A stretch of 64,000 nt of DNA from Gemmatimonadota bacterium (GCA_039586095.1 JBDHLB010000002.1:64300-128299); one strand, 5' to 3'; positions 8,944 to 18,740 are shown, numbered from the stretch's first letter. Made by a program: numbers and translations. Notes: generated by a model not told the origin, from the sequence alone.

Positions 8944-9037
8944 GAAACACCTGTTCTGGAGTGCTGGCGCGCCCGTTTACAGGTGAGCGTTTAGGTACTG
9001 TCCCCGGCTCGCTCTGTGTCGGACGCGGCGATCTACG

Positions 9038-10198
9038 CTAGCCGCCTCCCAGCGCACACTCGTTCTTGCCGACTTCCAGCTCCTGCGCCTCCTTCTCGTC
9101 AACCGGGAACAGACCGATGTTTACACCTTTGATCTTTCGGTATGCTTCCGGAAAGGACGCTCCGCGGGCGGCGACCCAACGCGTGAAGGCATCGCAGTCG
9201 GCGAAGCATAGCGCCTCGTTCTCGCCCAGAAGCTTCCCGAAGCGGTCTCCCACCACACGGCCGTCGCGGCGTTCGCTGTCCGTCCCGTAGTGGGCCGGAT
9301 AGACTGTCACCTCGGGCGACCACGCGCCCTTCACCGCTTCCAGACTCTCCCACAGTTGGACCGTCCATTCGGCCGTCTTCCCAGCCAGGTCCGGTCGCCC
9401 GACGGAAGCGACGAAGATGAAATCGCCGGTGAGTGCTACGGCGTCATCGATCTCGTACGTCAGACTGCCTTCGGTGTGGCCCGGCGTGTGACGAGCGCGC
9501 ACCATGCAGCGTCCGAGCTCGATCGTGTCGCCGTCCTCCAGCGGGCGAAATTCGATGCGGCCCGGTGTGCCGTCATACGGATAGAACGCGTCGGCCGCGT
9601 TGAGGTAGTACGGCACGCCGTGGGTGCGGCTGATCCCTGGGGCACCGCTGATGTAGTCGGCGTGCACGTGGGTATCGGCCACACCGATGAGGCGGGCACC
9701 TGCCCCTTCGACCGCTTCCAGATACGCGCCCGGATGGCGGGGCGGATCAACGATCAGCGCCTCGCCGTCGCTCACGAGGACGTAGCCGAGCGCGCCCTTC
9801 CCGATGCGGTCGAACTGGACGAAGCGGTCGAGCGAGGGCGGTGGCTCAAGCTCGCGGGGAAGTGTCAGATTCATCCACGAGACCATACCCCCGGCCAGAG
9901 AGGCGGCACGGCAGCCGAGCCGGTTCAGGTGCTGGGCCAGCACCTTGCTGTCGTTTCCGTGCCCGCACACCACGGTGACAGGCGTGTTCGGATCGATGCC
10001 CGTGCCCTCCAGATCTGCGTGCTTGGCGAGCACGGAACCCCGCACGTTGATGAAGAAGTCGGCCGGGACGAGATCGATTCGCCCGGTTCCGACCCGCATC
10101 GGGGCTCGGACGTCCACCACCTGCATGGCCTCGCCCGCCTCGAGGGCCTGAGCAAGCCGCAGCGGGGATATCTCCGGGACGTTCACGCCGTTCGACAT
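9038..10198 (-). CDS. Rhodanese domain / MBL-fold metallo-hydrolase fusion (persulfide dioxygenase-like)
   Basis: The N-terminal rhodanese has the active-site loop 'VVCGHGNDS'. The MBL domain follows, with 'DTHVHADYISG' (HxHxDY) and downstream 'RHTPGHTEGS'. Confidence 0.8.
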   Translation of the reverse strand: MSNGVNVPEISPLRLAQALEAGEAMQVVDVRAPMRVGTGRIDLVPADFFINVRGSVLAKHADLEGTGIDPNTPVTVVCGHGNDSKVLAQHLNRLGCRAASLAGGMVSWMNLTLPRELEPPPSLDRFVQFDRIGKGALGYVLVSDGEALIVDPPRHPGAYLEAVEGAGARLIGVADTHVHADYISGAPGISRTHGVPYYLNAADAFYPYDGTPGRIEFRPLEDGDTIELGRCMVRARHTPGHTEGSLTYEIDDAVALTGDFIFVASVGRPDLAGKTAEWTVQLWESLEAVKGAWSPEVTVYPAHYGTDSERRDGRVVGDRFGKLLGENEALCFADCDAFTRWVAARGASFPEAYRKIKGVNIGLFPVDEKEAQELEVGKNECALGGG

Positions 10199-10414
10199 GT
10201 CCGGCCTCCTCGCGTGCCTTTCGGCACTGTTCCCTGGGGTTGATGCGGCGTGAAACTACGCGCTCCGGGAACACGTCGGGAGCAGTAGGGTCGAGAGCTC
10301 GGTGGAAGCGTCTTTCGAGCGCTCCGGATTCGGAAACGCTCGATAGGCTGCATAAGTGCGGACAACGATTCGCCGAACTCCGGGCGTCCAACACCTGAGA
10401 GCCGAGACACAGGA

Positions 10415-12883
10415 GTGGCTATGACGGTGCGCGCGGGGGCGCGCCGCTGGCTGGGACGGGTGCGCCGTGTTCGTTGGCGGAGCGTCCTCGCCTTCTGCGC
10501 GATGTTGGCCGTGCTGGCGGTTGGTCTCATCGGTCTCGAGGCCGTCGCCGTCGCGCGTCTTGAAGACGACGCGATCTCGGTTCCCAGTCGCATCTACGCT
10601 CGTGCTCCCATCCTGCAGCGCGGCATGCGTCCCGATCGAGAGGCGATCGAGGCCCACCTCCTGGAGCTCGGGTACACGGAGGCTGGCCGACGCTCTGTCG
10701 ACGTCGGCGAATTCTATCTCGGCCAGAGGCTGTGGATCATCGGTCGGCGCGCCTTCCGCCACGGAAACCGGGTCGAGCCGGCCGGGACGGTCGTCGTCCG
10801 CATGGGCCTGGGCGGAGACATTGGCAGAGTGGAAGATGAGGCTGGCGCGTCCCTGCGCTACGCTACGCTAGAGCCCATCCTGATCGGGCATCTGGCCGCC
10901 GGCGGGAAGGTGAGACGGGACCGAATACCTGTGGGCGTCGAGCACGTGCCCGATGACCTCGTGAACGCCGTACTCACGATCGAGGACCGCCGCTTTTACG
11001 CGCACAACGGGCTCGACCCAAGACGTATCGCCGGCGCGGCGCTCGCCAACCTTCGGGCCGGCCGCATCGTGCAGGGTGGCAGCACGATCACGCAGCAGCT
11101 GGCCCGGAGCCTCTTTCTTAGTCGAGAGCGTACGTTCCTGCGCAAGGCCCGCGAAGCGGCGATCGCGCTCGTGCTGGAACGTCGATACGACAAGGACGAG
11201 ATTCTCGCCGCGTATCTGAACGAGGTATACCTGGGACAGGACGGCGCCTTCGGCATTCACGGCGTGGGATCGGCTGCACGTCACTTCTTTGGCAAGGACG
11301 TCGGCGAGCTCGACCTCGCCGAGTCGGCTCTGCTCGCCGGACTAATCCAGGCTCCGAGCCTCTACTCACCCCTCCGCCAGCCTGCGGCGGCGATCGCACG
11401 ACGCGACTTCGTGCTTGACCGGATGCTGGAGCACGGCCGCATCACGGAGGGGCAAAGAGACGAGGCAAGTGGACGCCAGCTGGCGCTCCGTCAGCCCCGA
11501 CGCACCCCAAGAGGCGTCCGCTATTTCACCGACTACCTGATGGCGAGCCTCGAGGCCGATCTCGGTGAGGAGGCGATCGATAAAGGCGGCATGGCCGTGC
11601 TCACCTCGCTGGATCTAGGCCTGCAACGAGCAGCCGAGCGGGCCGTCGAGGCCGGCCTGGTTCAGTTGGAGGCGCAATACGCGGATCTTCGGCGAGAGTC
11701 GCCCGCCACTCCCCTCCAGGCGGCGCTGTTGGCGATCGACCCGCGGACCGGAGAGATCCTCGCCATGGTCGGGGGCAGAGACTACGGGACATCGCAGTTC
11801 AACCGCACGGTCCAGGCGCGTCGCCAACCGGGTAGTGCGTTCAAGCCGGTGGTTGCGCTGGCAGCTCTGGCCGACGGAGGCCACGAGCCCGGGTTCACGC
11901 TCGCGTCGGTACTCGAGAACGACCGCCTGGAGGTGGAGACCCGGCAAGGGCCCTGGCGGCCGGTCAACTATGACGGCGAGTTCGGAAGGCCTGTCACGCT
12001 GCGGGAGGCGCTGGAACAGTCGCTCAACGTGCCGTTCGCCAGGCTGGGTCTGGCGGTCGGCCCGGAGCGGATCGTCGAGACAGCTCGGAGCCTCGGCGTG
12101 GACAGCCCGCTCATGCCCGTCCCCAGCCTCGCCCTGGGGGCCTCGGAGGTGACACTGTTCGAGTTGACGCGAGCGTATGGCTTGCTGGCCGCGCAAGGCT
12201 TCCGAGCCGACCCACTGCCGTTCTATGGCGCGCTAGGACCCGACGGCTCCGTGCTCCACCGGGCCGACGCTTCGGGTCAGCAGATCTACGACCCGGCCGA
12301 AGCGTACCTGGTGACCTCCGCCCTCCGCGGTGCGGTCGATTGGGGGACGGGCCGCAGCCTGCGCGCACTCGGTTTCGCCGGTGACGTCGCCGCCAAGTCG
12401 GGCACGACGAACGGCTACCGCGATGGTTGGTTCGTCGGTTACACACCGGCGCTCGCCGTTGGTGTGTGGGTCGGCTTCGACGATGGGGCGAGCCTCGGTC
12501 TTCCAGGGGCCAGGGTGGCGCTGCCGATCTTCGCGCGTTTTCTGCAGGCGGCGGTCGGTCGCACCGGGTCTCTCGGGCCTCAGGGTGGCTACGAATTCGT
12601 CGTCCCAGACGGCCTCGAGACAGTCGAGGTCGATCCGGAATCCGGACTCCGAACCGGCCCGGGCTGCCGTGGAGAGCCGGAGCTGTTCCTGGAAGGGACC
12701 GCGCCACGCGAGAGTTGCTCTCCGTGGGGCACCTGGCTGGTGGAGGCGGGGCGTCTCTTCGATGCAGAGCGTCCCTGGCCGCGTGACCTGGACGAGCTGC
12801 GACGCGAGGTACGACGCGCGATGGAGCGTGAGGTCCGGATCGAGTCGGAGCAGCCGGCGGTCCGGCGCTCGAGGGAGTACTGA
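10415..12883 (+). CDS. Class A penicillin-binding protein (bifunctional transglycosylase/transpeptidase, PBP1A-like)
   Basis: N-terminal TM anchor. GT51 motif 'EDRRFYAHNGLD'. Transpeptidase motifs SxxK 'GSAFKP', SxN 'SLN' and K(T/S)G 'KSGTTN'. Confidence 0.9.
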   Translation: MAMTVRAGARRWLGRVRRVRWRSVLAFCAMLAVLAVGLIGLEAVAVARLEDDAISVPSRIYARAPILQRGMRPDREAIEAHLLELGYTEAGRRSVDVGEFYLGQRLWIIGRRAFRHGNRVEPAGTVVVRMGLGGDIGRVEDEAGASLRYATLEPILIGHLAAGGKVRRDRIPVGVEHVPDDLVNAVLTIEDRRFYAHNGLDPRRIAGAALANLRAGRIVQGGSTITQQLARSLFLSRERTFLRKAREAAIALVLERRYDKDEILAAYLNEVYLGQDGAFGIHGVGSAARHFFGKDVGELDLAESALLAGLIQAPSLYSPLRQPAAAIARRDFVLDRMLEHGRITEGQRDEASGRQLALRQPRRTPRGVRYFTDYLMASLEADLGEEAIDKGGMAVLTSLDLGLQRAAERAVEAGLVQLEAQYADLRRESPATPLQAALLAIDPRTGEILAMVGGRDYGTSQFNRTVQARRQPGSAFKPVVALAALADGGHEPGFTLASVLENDRLEVETRQGPWRPVNYDGEFGRPVTLREALEQSLNVPFARLGLAVGPERIVETARSLGVDSPLMPVPSLALGASEVTLFELTRAYGLLAAQGFRADPLPFYGALGPDGSVLHRADASGQQIYDPAEAYLVTSALRGAVDWGTGRSLRALGFAGDVAAKSGTTNGYRDGWFVGYTPALAVGVWVGFDDGASLGLPGARVALPIFARFLQAAVGRTGSLGPQGGYEFVVPDGLETVEVDPESGLRTGPGCRGEPELFLEGTAPRESCSPWGTWLVEAGRLFDAERPWPRDLDELRREVRRAMEREVRIESEQPAVRRSREY

Positions 12884-12959
12884 TACGAAGCTCTGGACCG
12901 TCGGAGCTCAATACCCGCAGAGCTCAGAAACGCCGTAGCTCGTGGCGTGGAACGACTGG

Positions 12960-13547
12960 TTAGTTGTCCCCATCCGCAGACACGGCAAGGAGCCGCCGCA
13001 CCGCTCGCTTGAGACCGGGTGAAGCGAAGTAGCCCACAACCTTGTACCGAATCACACCGTCTCGATCTACGATGAACGTGGTCGGGATTTTCTCCACTCC
13101 TCCGAACGCCCACCGCGTGGCAGGGTCGGCCAGGGCGACCGGGAAGGTCAGCTCGCGCTTCTCCACATAGCTGCGTACTACCTCCTCGCCCTCTGCGTCG
13201 GTGGACAGGCCGAGGACGATGAGCCCCTCGCCCGCGTACCGATCGTGCAGCGATTGCAGGGCCGGCATCTCGACCCGGCAGGGCAGACACCAGGTCGCCC
13301 AGAAATTGAGCACGACCACCCGACCCCGAAGCACGGCCGGGTCGATCGAGCGGCCATCCAGGGTTACGACCTCAATCGGCGGGCTCGCTCCCAAGTCTTC
13401 CGGCAAGCCGGCCCACGCCCTGGCCTGAGGCCATAGCTGAAGCCCGACAAATACGAGCAGAGCCGCCAAAGCGACCCACTCGATCCAGCGGATCGCGCGC
13501 TGGAGGGTGGATGGCAGTGTGCGGCTTTCTCGAACGAAGTCCTTCAT
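12960..13547 (-). CDS. TlpA-family thiol:disulfide oxidoreductase (membrane-anchored thioredoxin-like)
   Basis: ATG 13547 (MKDFV...), one TM helix, and the thioredoxin fold motif 'FWATWCLPC'. The track ORF is over-extended upstream. Confidence 0.85.
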   Translation of the reverse strand: MKDFVRESRTLPSTLQRAIRWIEWVALAALLVFVGLQLWPQARAWAGLPEDLGASPPIEVVTLDGRSIDPAVLRGRVVVLNFWATWCLPCRVEMPALQSLHDRYAGEGLIVLGLSTDAEGEEVVRSYVEKRELTFPVALADPATRWAFGGVEKIPTTFIVDRDGVIRYKVVGYFASPGLKRAVRRLLAVSADGDN

Positions 13548-13723
13548 GCGGTGCACTCTTCTGATCGCCGCGTGCCCTGGCAAGCTCTTGCCGTCGATAC
13601 AGGTTCCCGGCCACTGTCTCTTCTCGAGCTCTGTCCGTGCACAGGCGCGAGAACAGAGGCGTTCTGTCTCACAGGGCACGGTCTCCCGAGAAGGAGATTG
13701 CCTGATGCTGGAGGCCCAGGACA

Positions 13724-14119
13724 ATGGCTGACGATCGCCCCTCACCCGGTACGATCGCGTGGATCGACCTTACCGTCCCCGATGCGGAAACGGTCCGCGA
13801 TTTCTACGAGCAGGTGACCGGCTGGAGGAGCGAGCCAGTCGACATGGGCGAGTACTCGGACTACAACATGCTCCCCCCTGGAGGCGAACCCGTTGCCGGG
13901 GTTTGCCACGCTCGCGGCGCGAACGAGACGATACCACCCGTGTGGATGATCTACATCGTCGTCGCCGACCTGGACCGCGCCCTGCGGCGCTGTCTCGAGC
14001 TGGGGGGCGAGGTCGTCGTCCCCATCCGGCGTGGAGAGAGCTGGGGAGGGATGTGCGTGATCCGCGATCCCGCGGGCGCCATGGCCGCGCTGTACGCTCC
14101 GGCACCGCCGCCTGTGTAG
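13724..14119 (+). CDS. VOC (glyoxalase/bleomycin-resistance/dioxygenase) family protein
   Basis: 131 aa. 'IAWIDLTVPDAETVRDFYEQVTGW' and the C-terminal 'GGMCVIRDPAGA' are typical of the VOC beta-alpha-beta-beta-beta modules. Confidence 0.8.
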   Translation: MADDRPSPGTIAWIDLTVPDAETVRDFYEQVTGWRSEPVDMGEYSDYNMLPPGGEPVAGVCHARGANETIPPVWMIYIVVADLDRALRRCLELGGEVVVPIRRGESWGGMCVIRDPAGAMAALYAPAPPPV

Positions 14120-14255
14120 CAGGCCCGAGCGGGTAGCCTGGAGCTTATCGGGTTCGTTGATGACTGGGCTGGTTTCCGTACTCGCGTGGATGCTCTCAGG
14201 CATCGCGTACGAAGTCCGGCGCATCGGGTGCCGCATCGTCTGAAATGTCGCCCCG

Positions 14256-15749
14256 GTGAGCACTCCGCGCGAAGCGCCGGGCCCGGTGCTGCCGGATCCG
14301 GCCGTGGTACCGCCCACACCCGGCGACCGGCCCCCCGCGCCCGGCGACAGGCCTCCCTCGGCGGAGCGAGCCGGTTTCTGGGCGTCGGTCCGCGAAGCCC
14401 TCCGGGGATCCGAGCAGGATTTCACCACCGGAAATCTGAATCGGGCCGTCGGCCTCCTGGCCGTCCCCATGGTGCTCGAGATGGCGGGCGAGTCGGTGTT
14501 CGCCGTCGTCGATGCCCTGTTCGTCGGGCGGTTGGGTGCGGAGGCGTTGGCCGCCGTGGGGCTCACCGAAGTGGTGCTGGAGATCATCTACGCCGTGGCG
14601 ATCGGCCTCAGCATGTCCACGACGGCGATGGTGGCCCGGCGGATCGGCGAGAAGAACGACCGGGCGGCCGCGCTCACCGCCGTGCAGGCCATCGCCGTCG
14701 GCATCGGCTTCTCGATCGTGTTCGGGGTGGCGGGTTTCATCTGGGCACCCGACCTCCTCCGGATCATGGGGGCCAGCCCGGAGACCATCGAGACGGGCAC
14801 CACCTACACACGGATCATGTACGGTACGATGGTCGTGATCCTCCTCCTGTTCCTCAACAACGCCATCTACCGGGGAGCGGGCGATGCGGCGATGGCGATG
14901 CGCTCCGTGTGGCTCGCCAACGCGATCAACATCGTCCTGGACCCCTGCTTCATATTCGGGCTCGGGCCGTTCCCGGAACTGGGCCTCACGGGCGCAGCCG
15001 TCGCCACCTCGATCGGACGGGGCACCGGCGTGCTGTATCAGTTCTATCACATGTCCCGCGGTCGACGTCTTCAGGTGCGTCGAGCGGATGTACGGATCGA
15101 TGGAGGCGTGATCCGGCGGCTGCTCAGGGTCTCAGCCGGCGGCGTGGGGCAGATGCTGATCGGACACACCAGCTACGTGGCACTGGTTCGTATCCTGGCC
15201 ACCTTCGGAAGCATGGTGCTGGCCGGCTACGTACTGGCCGTCCGGGTGGTCATCTTCGTCATCCTGCCCTCGTGGGGCCTCGCGAACGCGGCGGCGACGC
15301 TGGTGGGCCAGAACCTCGGCGCAGGTAAGCCGGATCGCGCGGAACGGGCGGTCTGGGTGACGGGCCTGTGGAACATGGGGTTCATGGCCGTGGTCACCGT
15401 GATCTTCGTGATCTTCGCCGAGGCCATCATGACGCCGTTCACGGCCGACCCGGAGACGCATGCGATGGGATCGGCCGCAGTCCGCATCATCAGCTACGGC
15501 TACATCTTCTACGCCTGGGGGATGGTGATGCTGCAGGCGTTCAACGGCGCGGGTGATACGGCGACCCCCACCAAGGTCAACTTCTTCGTCTTCTGGCTGA
15601 TCCAGATTCCGCTCGCGTGGTGGTTGGCCACGGGAACGTCGCTGGGTCCGCTCGGCGTGTTCTGGGCGGTCGCGATCGTGGAGACGCTAGCCGCGTTCGT
15701 GGGCGTGGCTCTGTTTCGCCGTGGGAAGTGGAAGGAGCGGGAGGTGTAG
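14256..15749 (+). CDS. MATE family efflux transporter
   Basis: GTG start. 12 predicted TM helices. 'LAVPMVLEMAGESVFAVVDALFVGRLG' and 'MAMRSVWLANAINIVLDPCFIFG' are characteristic MATE blocks. The Pro-rich N-terminal extension has a duplicated PGDRPP(A/S) unit. Confidence 0.85.
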   Translation: MSTPREAPGPVLPDPAVVPPTPGDRPPAPGDRPPSAERAGFWASVREALRGSEQDFTTGNLNRAVGLLAVPMVLEMAGESVFAVVDALFVGRLGAEALAAVGLTEVVLEIIYAVAIGLSMSTTAMVARRIGEKNDRAAALTAVQAIAVGIGFSIVFGVAGFIWAPDLLRIMGASPETIETGTTYTRIMYGTMVVILLLFLNNAIYRGAGDAAMAMRSVWLANAINIVLDPCFIFGLGPFPELGLTGAAVATSIGRGTGVLYQFYHMSRGRRLQVRRADVRIDGGVIRRLLRVSAGGVGQMLIGHTSYVALVRILATFGSMVLAGYVLAVRVVIFVILPSWGLANAAATLVGQNLGAGKPDRAERAVWVTGLWNMGFMAVVTVIFVIFAEAIMTPFTADPETHAMGSAAVRIISYGYIFYAWGMVMLQAFNGAGDTATPTKVNFFVFWLIQIPLAWWLATGTSLGPLGVFWAVAIVETLAAFVGVALFRRGKWKEREV

Positions 15750-15911
15750 CCGGGTTCTTTCCGACATGCGCCTCGAAGTCGCGGATGGTAGCATAAGAAT
15801 CAGCCGCGACGTGTTCCAGCCGATGGCACGCCACGACGTGGCGTCTGCCACCTACCCCCAGACGACCCTTGGCAGGCGCAGGCACCTTCATCGGTGAGAG
15901 GGCGAAGGTCA

Positions 15912-16496
15912 ATGAAACGCCTCTCCATGCTGCTACTCGCTGCTGTGTCCGCGATCCTGGTTTCCAAGGAGCTGCTCGCTCAGCAGGACTCCCTGCCCAC
16001 CATCACCAACACCAGCCGCGAAGGCGTTGCACTTCGGCTGGTTCCCGGCCTCGCTTACACAAGCGCGACGTTCGGTGACGACAACCCGCAATCGGAGGGA
16101 GTCTTCGGCATCACCTTCGGAGGCCAGGCCCTGGCTCCTGTCTCGCGCATCGTCGCGTTGAGCCTGGAGGCGATCTTCCAGTTTTACGAGATCCAGAGCG
16201 CACACTTGAACGAGAGACTCCAGAGCTGGTACGTGATGGGTGGTGTCGAGTTTTCAATCGGGAAGGCCTATCTACGGCCCAATGTTGGCGCGGCGTTTCG
16301 CCTGTGGGCGGGTGGAGGGAGCGGCACGAGTACGGCGCCTGCCCTCGGCATCGCGATCGGCTTCGAGCAGATGTTCGGCAGATCGTTTCACGTGTCCCCG
16401 GAAGTCATCGTTCGCGTGGCGTACGAGCACGGTGCCTCTACAGTTCTGATCGGATCACAAGTTCCAGTCGGTTTGCGTCTGACTGGCGGTGGTTGA
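15912..16496 (+). CDS. Outer-membrane beta-barrel protein (signal peptide, OmpW/opacity-like)
   Basis: 'MKRLSMLLLAAVSAILVSKELLAQ' is a signal peptide. It is followed by an alternating hydrophobic beta-strand pattern with Gly/aromatic girdle residues. Confidence 0.65.
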   Translation: MKRLSMLLLAAVSAILVSKELLAQQDSLPTITNTSREGVALRLVPGLAYTSATFGDDNPQSEGVFGITFGGQALAPVSRIVALSLEAIFQFYEIQSAHLNERLQSWYVMGGVEFSIGKAYLRPNVGAAFRLWAGGGSGTSTAPALGIAIGFEQMFGRSFHVSPEVIVRVAYEHGASTVLIGSQVPVGLRLTGGG

Positions 16497-16513
16497 GCGC
16501 CTATGCGGAGCGG

Positions 16514-18064
16514 CTACCTGCCCACCTGCCGCGCCGTCTTGCGCCGATACTCGCGACCGATCCGGTATGCGATCACCAGCCACAAGAGGACCAGTGCGAC
16601 GTTGAACAGCGCGAACTGACCCGCACCGAACGCCAGGAAGGTCGTGCCGACGAACACGGCCACGGCCGACAGCACGTCGCCCGCCCGGTGGAAGAACGTG
16701 TCGATCGCCTGCTTCGCCTTGTACTTCTCCTCCCTCGTCGTGGGGAGGAAGAGCATGTTCCTGACCGTGTTCTGGAGCGAGTAGTCCGTCGAGTTCTCGG
16801 CCGTCTTCGCCCACCGGACGAGAGCCAAGACCGGATAGAAAGCCAGTAGCGCGTAGGCCCCAAGTGCGATCACCGGCAGGATCAGCACGGCAGTTCGCAC
16901 ACCGAAGTACTTCACGATGCGCGATACGAGAAATAGCTGGATGATGAGGCCCGCCACGTTCACCACGCCGAAGAACGACGCATAGAAGCCACCGATCCAC
17001 TCGGTCTCTGTCACTCCTACCGCTTCTCCCGAGGCGATCGCCTCGGCGGCCGCGTCCGATACGACGCTGCCCAGGATGTACTCGCCGGTCGTGTTTACCC
17101 AGTTCGTGATCAGGATGAGAAATGCGATGAGGAGCAGATATCGCGTGCGGAATACAAGCTCGAACGCGCCTCGACCACGGGCGTCGGGCGAAAGGGTCCA
17201 CGTCTTGCTCAGCTCATCGGCCACGCTCTCGCTGTCGCCGGGCAGCTCGGGCTTCGGCCGGCCGGGGCCCTGCCGCCCTTCCGCGGCGCCGTCTGTCGTG
17301 CTCTGTTCCCGCTGGGCCCGGCGCTCGGCCTCGCTCTGCAGCTCGTATTCCTGGATCGCCTTCAGGAGGTCCTCGCGCGTGAACGCGCCCGATGCGGACA
17401 GCTCGGCCGTGCTCAGAGCGTTGGGAATGTCGGTCTCCGTGCGGGTTCGCTCCCGGCGGTCCAGGTAGTTGGTGGCTACCAGGCTGACGAGCAGGACGCC
17501 CCCGGCGAGGAGCATGAGCTGATAGACGCCCAGCGGACCGATCAGGGCGCCCGCGATCACCGCCCCCAGCACGGCGCCCGCCGACGCACCGAAGCCCACG
17601 ATCGGAAACAGGCGCTCGCCCTCCTCCTTCGTGTAGACGTCGTTCGCGAACGACCAGAACTGGGCCGGGACCATCAGGTTGAAGATCCCCAGCCACAGGA
17701 AGAACACGATGCCGAGCGGGACGTCGAGCTGCGCCAGGAAGTAGAACACGACCAGGCAGGCGATGAAGAAGAACGTGACGGAGTTGATCAGCCGCCGGCG
17801 GGGCACGCGATCGGTCAGCCACCCGTAGAGCTTGACCGCGCCGATCAACAGGATCGCCTGGCCCGCCGACATGTAGGCCTTCAGCTCGGGAGACCCCTCG
17901 CCCAGGATGAGGCCCTCTCGAACCGGCTTCAGCGTGTAGTAGGCCGTCAGGATGAGGAAGATGTTGAGAGCCAGAAGGACGGCGGTCCAACCCTCGCCCG
18001 CACGCACCTCGGTAAAGAGCCGAAGAAGCCGGTCGAGCGGTGACGGACGCCGCGTGCCGTTCAC
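16514..18064 (-). CDS. TLC/Npt-family (ATP:ADP antiporter-like) MFS-type nucleotide transporter homolog
   Basis: GTG 18064 with GGAGAGG upstream. 'FLILTAYYTLKPVREGLIL...LKAYMSAGQAILLIGAVKLYGWLTDRVPRRRLI' resembles the N-terminal blocks of Npt1/Tlc transporters. About 12 TM helices, with a ~100-aa charged central loop. Confidence 0.65.
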   Translation of the reverse strand: MNGTRRPSPLDRLLRLFTEVRAGEGWTAVLLALNIFLILTAYYTLKPVREGLILGEGSPELKAYMSAGQAILLIGAVKLYGWLTDRVPRRRLINSVTFFFIACLVVFYFLAQLDVPLGIVFFLWLGIFNLMVPAQFWSFANDVYTKEEGERLFPIVGFGASAGAVLGAVIAGALIGPLGVYQLMLLAGGVLLVSLVATNYLDRRERTRTETDIPNALSTAELSASGAFTREDLLKAIQEYELQSEAERRAQREQSTTDGAAEGRQGPGRPKPELPGDSESVADELSKTWTLSPDARGRGAFELVFRTRYLLLIAFLILITNWVNTTGEYILGSVVSDAAAEAIASGEAVGVTETEWIGGFYASFFGVVNVAGLIIQLFLVSRIVKYFGVRTAVLILPVIALGAYALLAFYPVLALVRWAKTAENSTDYSLQNTVRNMLFLPTTREEKYKAKQAIDTFFHRAGDVLSAVAVFVGTTFLAFGAGQFALFNVALVLLWLVIAYRIGREYRRKTARQVGR

Positions 18065-18090
18065 GGCTCGCCTCTCCAGTACCCCATGCT

Positions 18091-18126
18091 AGATCCCATT
18101 CGAGATCCCTCCCGAGATCCTATACG
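18091..18126. repeat. Three tandem 12-bp direct repeats, AGATCCnnnnCG
   Basis: agatcccattcg / agatccctcccg / agatcctatacg. 8 of 12 positions are invariant. The array lies 27-62 nt upstream of the transporter start (18064) in the divergent region shared with the CBS gene. Confidence 0.9.
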
Positions 18127-18284
18127 AGCGCGGCGTCCGTCACGAAGTTGGGGTTGGGGAGCGCGGTCTGCCATACCTCCCAGTGTCCGTCACACCAGTG
18201 CTCGTTGCCGTCAGCCATCCGGTCTCTCGCCGAATCATCGCACACAAGCTGCGCGCGCCCGCGTGAGCCCATAAGATACTCCGC

Positions 18285-18740
18285 ATGAGAAAGGTTCCCG
18301 CAACAGAGTTCATGACCCGTGATCCGGTTACAGCACGGCCAGACTGGACGCTCCCAGAACTGGTCGAGCAGCTGATCGAGCTGGGGGTCCGCGGACTCAC
18401 GGTCACGGATGACGACGGCAACGTAGTGGGGCTCGTCACCGAGACGGACCTCTTCCTCAAGGACAAGGGCGTTCCTTTTTCGCTGGAGAAGGTCCCGACC
18501 CTGCTGGGAGCCGTGGTGGATTTGGAGGACACGGATTACTTCCAGCCCTACCACGAGATTCAGGTGTCCGAGGTGATGACGCGGGACGTCGTGACCGTGG
18601 ACGAGTCGGCCACCTTCGAGCAGATCGCTCTCCTCATGCTCCGCAAGAAGGTCACGCTCGTGCCGGTGCTCTCGGACGGGAAGCTGGTGGGCGAGGTGCG
18701 GCGCTTCCACATCCTCAAGCTCATTTACTGCAACAGCTGA
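18285..18740 (+). CDS. CBS domain pair protein
   Basis: Two CBS motifs ('FMTRDPVTARPDWTLPEL...VVGLVTETDL' and 'VMTRDVVTVDESATFEQI...LVGEVRRFHILK'). Confidence 0.85.
   Translation: MRKVPATEFMTRDPVTARPDWTLPELVEQLIELGVRGLTVTDDDGNVVGLVTETDLFLKDKGVPFSLEKVPTLLGAVVDLEDTDYFQPYHEIQVSEVMTRDVVTVDESATFEQIALLMLRKKVTLVPVLSDGKLVGEVRRFHILKLIYCNS

Noticed and set aside
8948-8985. Inverted repeat cacctgt ... acaggtg after the GYD gene, considered as a bidirectional terminator.
   Set aside because: The stem is only 7 bp with a 24-nt loop, and there is no U-tract on either strand. This is too weak to call.
14300-14345. Duplicated 21-nt unit encoding PGDRPPA/PGDRPPS at the MATE N-terminus.
   Set aside because: It is a short low-complexity Pro-rich duplication inside a probably disordered N-terminal extension, and the true start may even lie downstream. 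It is not informative.
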